Shown here: one piece after another, positions 57,966 through 64,000 of the stretch
Layout of the letters: each line of letters begins with the position of its first letter
How positions within the stretch are numbered: position 1 is the stretch's first letter
Assembly (NCBI GenBank): GCA_016748015.1
Contig: JAAOMT010000283.1
Span: 314,108-378,107, forward strand
Length of the DNA: 64,000 nt
Source of the DNA: Geosiphon pyriformis uo1
Taxonomy: Eukaryota; Fungi; Glomeromycota
Direction of reading: 5' to 3'
Translations under genes and position numbers: made by a program
Notes under the pieces: generated by a model
Told to the model about the DNA's origin: nothing
Databases searched by the model: none
What the model saw: the letters and a program-made list of their open reading frames with translations, nothing else

Positions 57966-59383
57966 AAGAAAATTTTTTTTCACTTTTAACCTAACTGATG
58001 ATGATCATGACATGAATAAACTAGCAATCAACACTTCTAAATCAACCAGAAAGAAGAAAAAAGCCAAGATTGATTTCATTTTGAACACAAACAAGTTATC
58101 CAAATCAACTGTTAATAACAATAAGCCACCAAAGGCTAAAGTTTTTAAGAATTCTCCAAAGTTAGAACCCCCAGAAATTGTACAAAAATCTGGACTCTAT
58201 TCTGTTGTCAAAGATCTTATGGAAACACCTGCTTACATTACCTTTGGCCAGTTAATAACCCATTCCCAATTCTAAAAAGACTTTTACAAATCTTTAATTT
58301 CCAAGAAAAAGATACCAAAGACCAACAAACACTTACACCAAACTAGACTTGCTGACAACAGCAATGTTACTCCTCTTATTTGTAAAGCCCAAGTGGCTGG
58401 TTATTTCATTGATCTGATTCTGAATAGTGAATCATCTGTTAGTATTATTGCCAAACACTTTTTAGAAGCAATTGGCAGAAAGATTGATAAATCATCCACA
58501 AGACCAATGACCAATATACATAGTGACAAGAAGAAAAATCTGAACATAACCAAAGCTGTTCTTGTCTGAATTAATGGCATTAGCATTGAAACTGACATGA
58601 AAGTATTAGAAGTAAAAGAATACATCATAATAGTTGGCAATAAATGGCTCAAGAAAACAAAAGCCTTGCTTAATTATAAACTCTATAAACTGACCATTAG
58701 ATGTGGTGAGAAACCCATTGTGGTTAAGTATTACCATTGGATAACTCCTTTAGTATTCAAACAAAGCCAAAAAAAAGAGCAATCAGATAAATCAGATGAT
58801 AAAAAAAGTGAAGAAAAAGATAAACAAAAAAAACAAGACGAAACTGCTGAACTTGTCTACACCATCTTTACCAGCAATGGCAAGCCATTAGATAATGTCA
58901 AAACAGATAAAAAAAGAATCATGGTAAATAGCAAACTAATTTGCTGGCCCTACTATGATATCCTTAGAAGAACCTTTAATAGAAAACCTGGCAAGAAAGC
59001 AAAATACAGTTATTGGTGGCATGGTCCTTGTGCTTGGTGCTAGTGTGATAAACCATTGTACTCTTCTAGTGATCAATGCATGTCCTGCCTAATCTATTAC
59101 AAAGATTGAGAACCAATCAGCTTGATACCTTATAAAGAAATAAAAGAAGTCCAAAAGTCTTTTGAGAATGAACCACCTGAGATCTAATCATTAATTATAG
59201 AACAAAGAGAACTCTCCCCTAAAAAAAGAAAAGTGGACATTGAAAACTTATTGTCTAAAAACAGCCCAGTTATATCCAAAGAAGATGATGCCTCTGGACA
59301 CACTCATGTAATACAACATACCATTACTACCAAAGAAACTTGTCTTATCCACTTAAAGCCTTATCAGTCCAACCATTATAATA

Positions 59384-61970
59384 TTTTTTTTTTATGTTAA
59401 CGTGTAGCCACGCTGGTTATTTATTAGTTAAGCCACAGTAATGTGACAGTTTCACAAAGCCAGCTCACCCAATAATACAAAAATCACAAGATGTGGCTAA
59501 CCACAAGTGGAAAGCCCTAACTACATGCTAGTACTACCTTTGCTACCTAATGTATTAAACATATCTAATTTATACATCTTACCCATAATGTTAACAAGCT
59601 TGTAACTATTCTTAACCATACCACTTATCTACTTAGCAGTCTGATCAGGACTGGATTTGATTCTGGAAAACTAATCTTTCCATAAGTGCATTATGACATC
59701 AAAGATGTTATTATAAACCGAAAAGTTTTTATTTTCATTATTATCATCATCAATATTATTAATTATGTCATCAACATCTGATCTATTCTCCAAGCAGATC
59801 TATTCACATATTGTCTCAAGACATGTCAATCTTTTCTGCATCACAGTAGTAACAGCAGCCAAGCCTTTATTTTGCTTAGCCAATCCATCTACACATTCCT
59901 TAACCAACACATTCACAGCAGATGAAGTAAATAGCAATTTGGTAACCAATACAACCAAAGCACCAACAGGTTCAACTAAAGATTTTATCAACATAAATAG
60001 TTCACTAAGGTAAGATTCAAGAGAAGCTAACCTAGATTCAACAGCAGAATTGGGAACAAAAAAGACAGCAGACAACATGGATGTCACAGTTTTGGGAGGA
60101 CCACCAAGATCCAAGTCCATATCAGCAGCAGCAGCACCAGAAAGAACCACAAAAGCAGCAGCCTTAACATAAGATTTAGATCTAACAAATGAAGGTTTGA
60201 AATTTTTGGGGCCACCAAAGGTATTAGAAGAGAGTTTAGGTGGGGGAGGAGGCAACTTCTTACAGTCCACAGCCAAATAATTCAAGTCTTAATACCTGTA
60301 GCAGTGGTAACACCCAGGAGTTTCCCACCAGATGCAACAACCATGCAAGGTACCAGTTTTTAACACAGCAACATTCAGAAATTCCAAAGAATCAAAGGTA
60401 ACCACAACAAAGCATTAACAACAATAAGATTCAGAGGAGTGAGGAATAAAACATGTATGGCCACCAACTTGGGAGATCAAATCACTTATCTCAAAGACAG
60501 TACAGCCAAATGGAAAATTAACCAACTTAGCTTTGAATGCATCTTTTGAAGAGATTTTTTTTTTGTTAATGTATAGCCATACTGGTCTTTTATTAATTTA
60601 GCCATACTTAAAAAGCATGACCTTTTTATAAAGCCAACTCATCCAATAATCTAAATTACAAGATGTGGCTAACCACTAATCTCTTGAGGAGATAACTTTC
60701 TTTTGGTTGGTAATGGGAAAAATCCTAACACTATTTTTTCTGACCAATACAGACCAGTTAGAGAGAGCAGCAGCAGCAGAAGAAATGTTCTTAAAATTAA
60801 CCACAGTGTATTGCCATAAGCCAGCAGACTTCAACTTAACAGTAGTGACAACACCAAAAATGCCAAGAGCAGTTTTGATGTCATCAGAAGAGGTACCCAA
60901 AGGTATGTCATGCAGTGCAATTGACAAGAAAGGGGAAAAAACAGAGGCCACACTAGAAAACTGTACAATCTTAAGAATGATCAAAAAAATCTTATTACTG
61001 ATGGCCACTTTAGTGGCAATATTTAGACTCTCCTGAGATGCAAATTCCACACAGAACAACTTAACAGCATCTTGTAAAACTGATTTAAGCCCAATACAAC
61101 CAGGCAGCAACTGAAACAAAGAACCAAGCAGGGCCATTTTGATCTTAAATGTAGCACCAGGTACTAGATTGAAGACCATCCAACCAGAAAATCTCTGATG
61201 ACCATTCACATTTTCCTAAGCACTACCATCGGCAGCACCAGAAACTGGGGAAGAGACAGTTGATTCTATTTCCATCTGATCAGCCCAATCTTTAAGATCA
61301 TTTGGATTGATGAACTGTTTTGCTACTAAGATTGGTAATGATCTGCCAGAGAGTACCACATCTGGCAACACAACTAGTGGTTAATTTTCGCTCATCTTGG
61401 GAGATGTGCTGCTACTGTTGCCATCTATATCAAGAAGAAGGCTGGCTGCTGCTGTGGAGATCTTACCAAAGATCTTATTTGGAACCACAAAGGGGTTTGG
61501 CATGACCATAGCAGTTGCGACTACCTGCTGTTGTTTTTTGGAATTTTTCACTTTTATGGCCATTTGTGAAGCAGTAGTAGTAGAAGTAGTAATAGGAGTG
61601 GTAAGAGCAGGAAAGACCAACTTGTTGACTGGTCTGTTATTAAAAATCTTTGGGTTTTTTGAAGTGATAAAGACAACACTGAGATTAATCTGAGTGTGCC
61701 TTTTTGAAAGAACTTTGACTGGAAAAAAACTTCTAGCCAAAGGAGAAAAAAATAAACCAGAAGCCACTAAAGGCAGCTTATCACTAATATTTTTTTAAAA
61801 AAATGTTGCCAGAACATTTTGTCTAGCTGCTTCAATAACAGAGAAATCTTCTCATGTTGAAACTTTATTAGTTATTATAGGAAAAATAATGTTTGCAACT
61901 TTTTTACTCTTAGCTCTATTCATGATCATGAAAATTAGGAGAGAAAGAGTTTTTTTTTTTTCAAGTTTTA
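59384..61970 (-). mobile_element. ORF1-only element H13 in pol of A8 (contains H14)
   Basis: TSD tccaa(c/t)cat(t/c)ataata (59368-59383 / 61971-61986); 5' A12 leader. Confidence 0.93.
60556..60678 (-). mobile_element. 5'-truncated, 3'-UTR-only copy H14 nested in H13
   Basis: 123 bp of the family's 3' end with poly(A); TSD atcttttgaagagat / atctcttgaggagat (60541-60555 / 60679-60693). Confidence 0.88.
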
Positions 61971-64000
61971 TCCAATCATCATAATAATGAATTCATTAAG
62001 AAAAAAATAAACTGAATGAAAGATCTTAGATTTATACAAAAACCAAGAGCAAATGGGCATTTTCAGTTATAGTAGTATCCAAAAAAGGTGAAACTTTACA
62101 CTTCTGTGTTGACTATTGTCAATTAAATGCCATTACTATAAGAGACATGTACCCATTTCCTAAAATTGATGCAATGCTAAATAATTCAATGATGCTGTTT
62201 TCTTCTCAACTATTGATTTAACTGCTGGATTTTGGCAAAAAGAAAACTGCTTTTATTACCAAGTATGATACCTATAAATTTACAGTCATGCCTTTTGGTC
62301 TCACTAATGCTCTTCTCATCTTTCAATGCCTAATAGACAAAGTATTTGAATCAATAAAAGAAAACTTTGTTCTGGTCTACTTAGATAACATAATAGTTTA
62401 CTCAAAAACCTGGAATGAACATCTTGAACACTTGCAAAAGATTTTTGATCTGCTCAGAAATGCCAGCCTTAAGATTAATCCAATCAAATCTTTCTTTAGA
62501 CATCAATCCACCCAGTTCCTTGGTTATCTTATTACAAAAGATGGAATCTTCTCTGATCTAGCTAAAGTTAAAAAAGTTCAGAACATTAGACAACCAATAA
62601 ATGTTCTTGAACTATGCTCTTTCTTTAATTTGACCTCTTACTATCACAAATTTATTAAAGATTTTTCTAAAATCACCTTCTCTTTCAATCAGCTATTCAG
62701 AAAAAATGTTAATTATTACTGGGGCACTTATCAACAAAAAACTTTTGAAATTCTAAAGGAAAAACTTGTTATTGAACCAATTCTCAAGCAATCTGATCTG
62801 AACCAATCTTTTATTCTCCACACTGATATATCTGATTATGAACTTGGTGCTGTTTTTTCACAGAAAGATGAAAATGGCAGAGAACATACCATAGCATATG
62901 CCAATAGATCCTTCACACCAGTAGAAAAAAACTATTATATAACTAAACAAGAATGTTTAGCAGTAGTTTGGACCACTAGTTACTGAGATCAATATTTTCT
63001 TGGTGCAAAATTCTTAGTGCTAATAGATCATTAAGCCTTGGTTTGGCTGCACAATAAAAAAAAGCTGGAACACAAACAAATAACTTGTTAGATACTCCAC
63101 TTGGATGAATTCAACTATGATATTTAACACCATAAAGGAGCAAATTATCAAAATGTTGATGCTCTCTTTAGACTTATCATTTAGTAATAGTACAACCTCT
63201 TAAACCAAACCAACTTAATTATTTGTAACTTCTTTACAAACAAACATGATAATGGACTTGGACAACTACTCTGTCTTAATAGAATTTTTAGATAAAGGAC
63301 AATACCCACCAGAATACACTTGACAGCAAAGAGAATATTTGCACAAACAATCAAATTTCTATTTGATTTGCCAGAACTAGCTATATAAAAAAAATAGAAA
63401 ATATTTTGACTGCTCTTAGAGAGTCATCAGATTTGAAGAAAAAGAAATTGTAATATACAACATGTATACTGATCTGTTAGCTGGACACTTTGGAAAAACA
63501 AAAACAATTCAGAAAACTTTAGCTTGCTATTATTGGCCTATCTTGGAAAAAGACATTGCTGAATACATCAAAACCTGTAATACCTGCCAAAGAAGAGGCA
63601 AACCCAATCACAAAGAAGATATCCATCCAATCTCTGTTGGTCAACCATTTGACAAAATTGGTATAGATGTTGTTGAACTTTTAACAATAACTCCTGATGG
63701 CAACAAATACATTATCACAGCTACTGACTATCTTACAAAGTGAGTAGAAGCAAGAGCCACTTCTGACCAAACAGCAGTCTTAATAGCCAATTTTATTTAT
63801 AAAGATATTATTTGTCACCACGGCTGCCCCAAAAAACTTTTATCTGATAGAAGAAGAGCTTTTCTCAGTACACTGGTTGAAAAACTTTGCAGAAAAATGG
63901 GAATACATTATAAACTCTCTTCCCCTTATCACCCCCAAACAAATGACCTAGTAGAATGTTTTAATAGAACACTATGTGAAATTCTAGCCAAAACCAGTGA

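Larger units (their letters stand above)
53478..64000 (+). mobile_element. LTR-A copy A8 (5' LTR 53478-53967, PBS, gag, pol running off the window), carrying H12, H13 and H14
   Basis: PBS 53974-53990; gag fragments 54020-55390 and 57760-57929; PR ~58300-58740; RT/RH 62288..62986; IN 63462..63743. Confidence 0.92.

Overview
AT-rich eukaryotic DNA with no recognisable host gene: essentially the whole window is a nested retrotransposon cluster. The element types suggest an early-diverging (Glomeromycotina/Mucoromycota-like) fungus, but this is inferred and unverified. Four families explain nearly all of it. (1) A ~2.4-kb poly(A)-tailed non-LTR element with ~10-17-bp target-site duplications (TSDs) that encodes ONLY a ~750-aa L1-type ORF1 protein (RRMs, CCHC knuckle, coiled coil, acidic tail), with no endonuclease or RT. 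It occurs as 11 large copies plus 3 fragments (~40% of the window) and resembles a HAL1/'half-L1' architecture. (2) An L1-like LINE with a homologous but distant ORF1 and an APE endonuclease (2 broken copies), the plausible helper. (3) A ~7.3-kb Ty3/Gypsy element (LTR-A; ~9 whole or partial copies) with gag, a UUUAAAC -1 frameshift into pol (PR, Cys-rich spacer, RT, RNase H, IN), an orphan 218-aa third ORF, a tRNA PBS and a 4-bp TSD. (4) Fragments of a second, LTR-like repeat (LTR-B). Almost all copies are decayed by C>T/G>A transitions. The assembly also contains a 50-N gap and an untrimmed Nextera/Tn5 mosaic-end adapter (31002-31020), so fine structure needs long-read confirmation.
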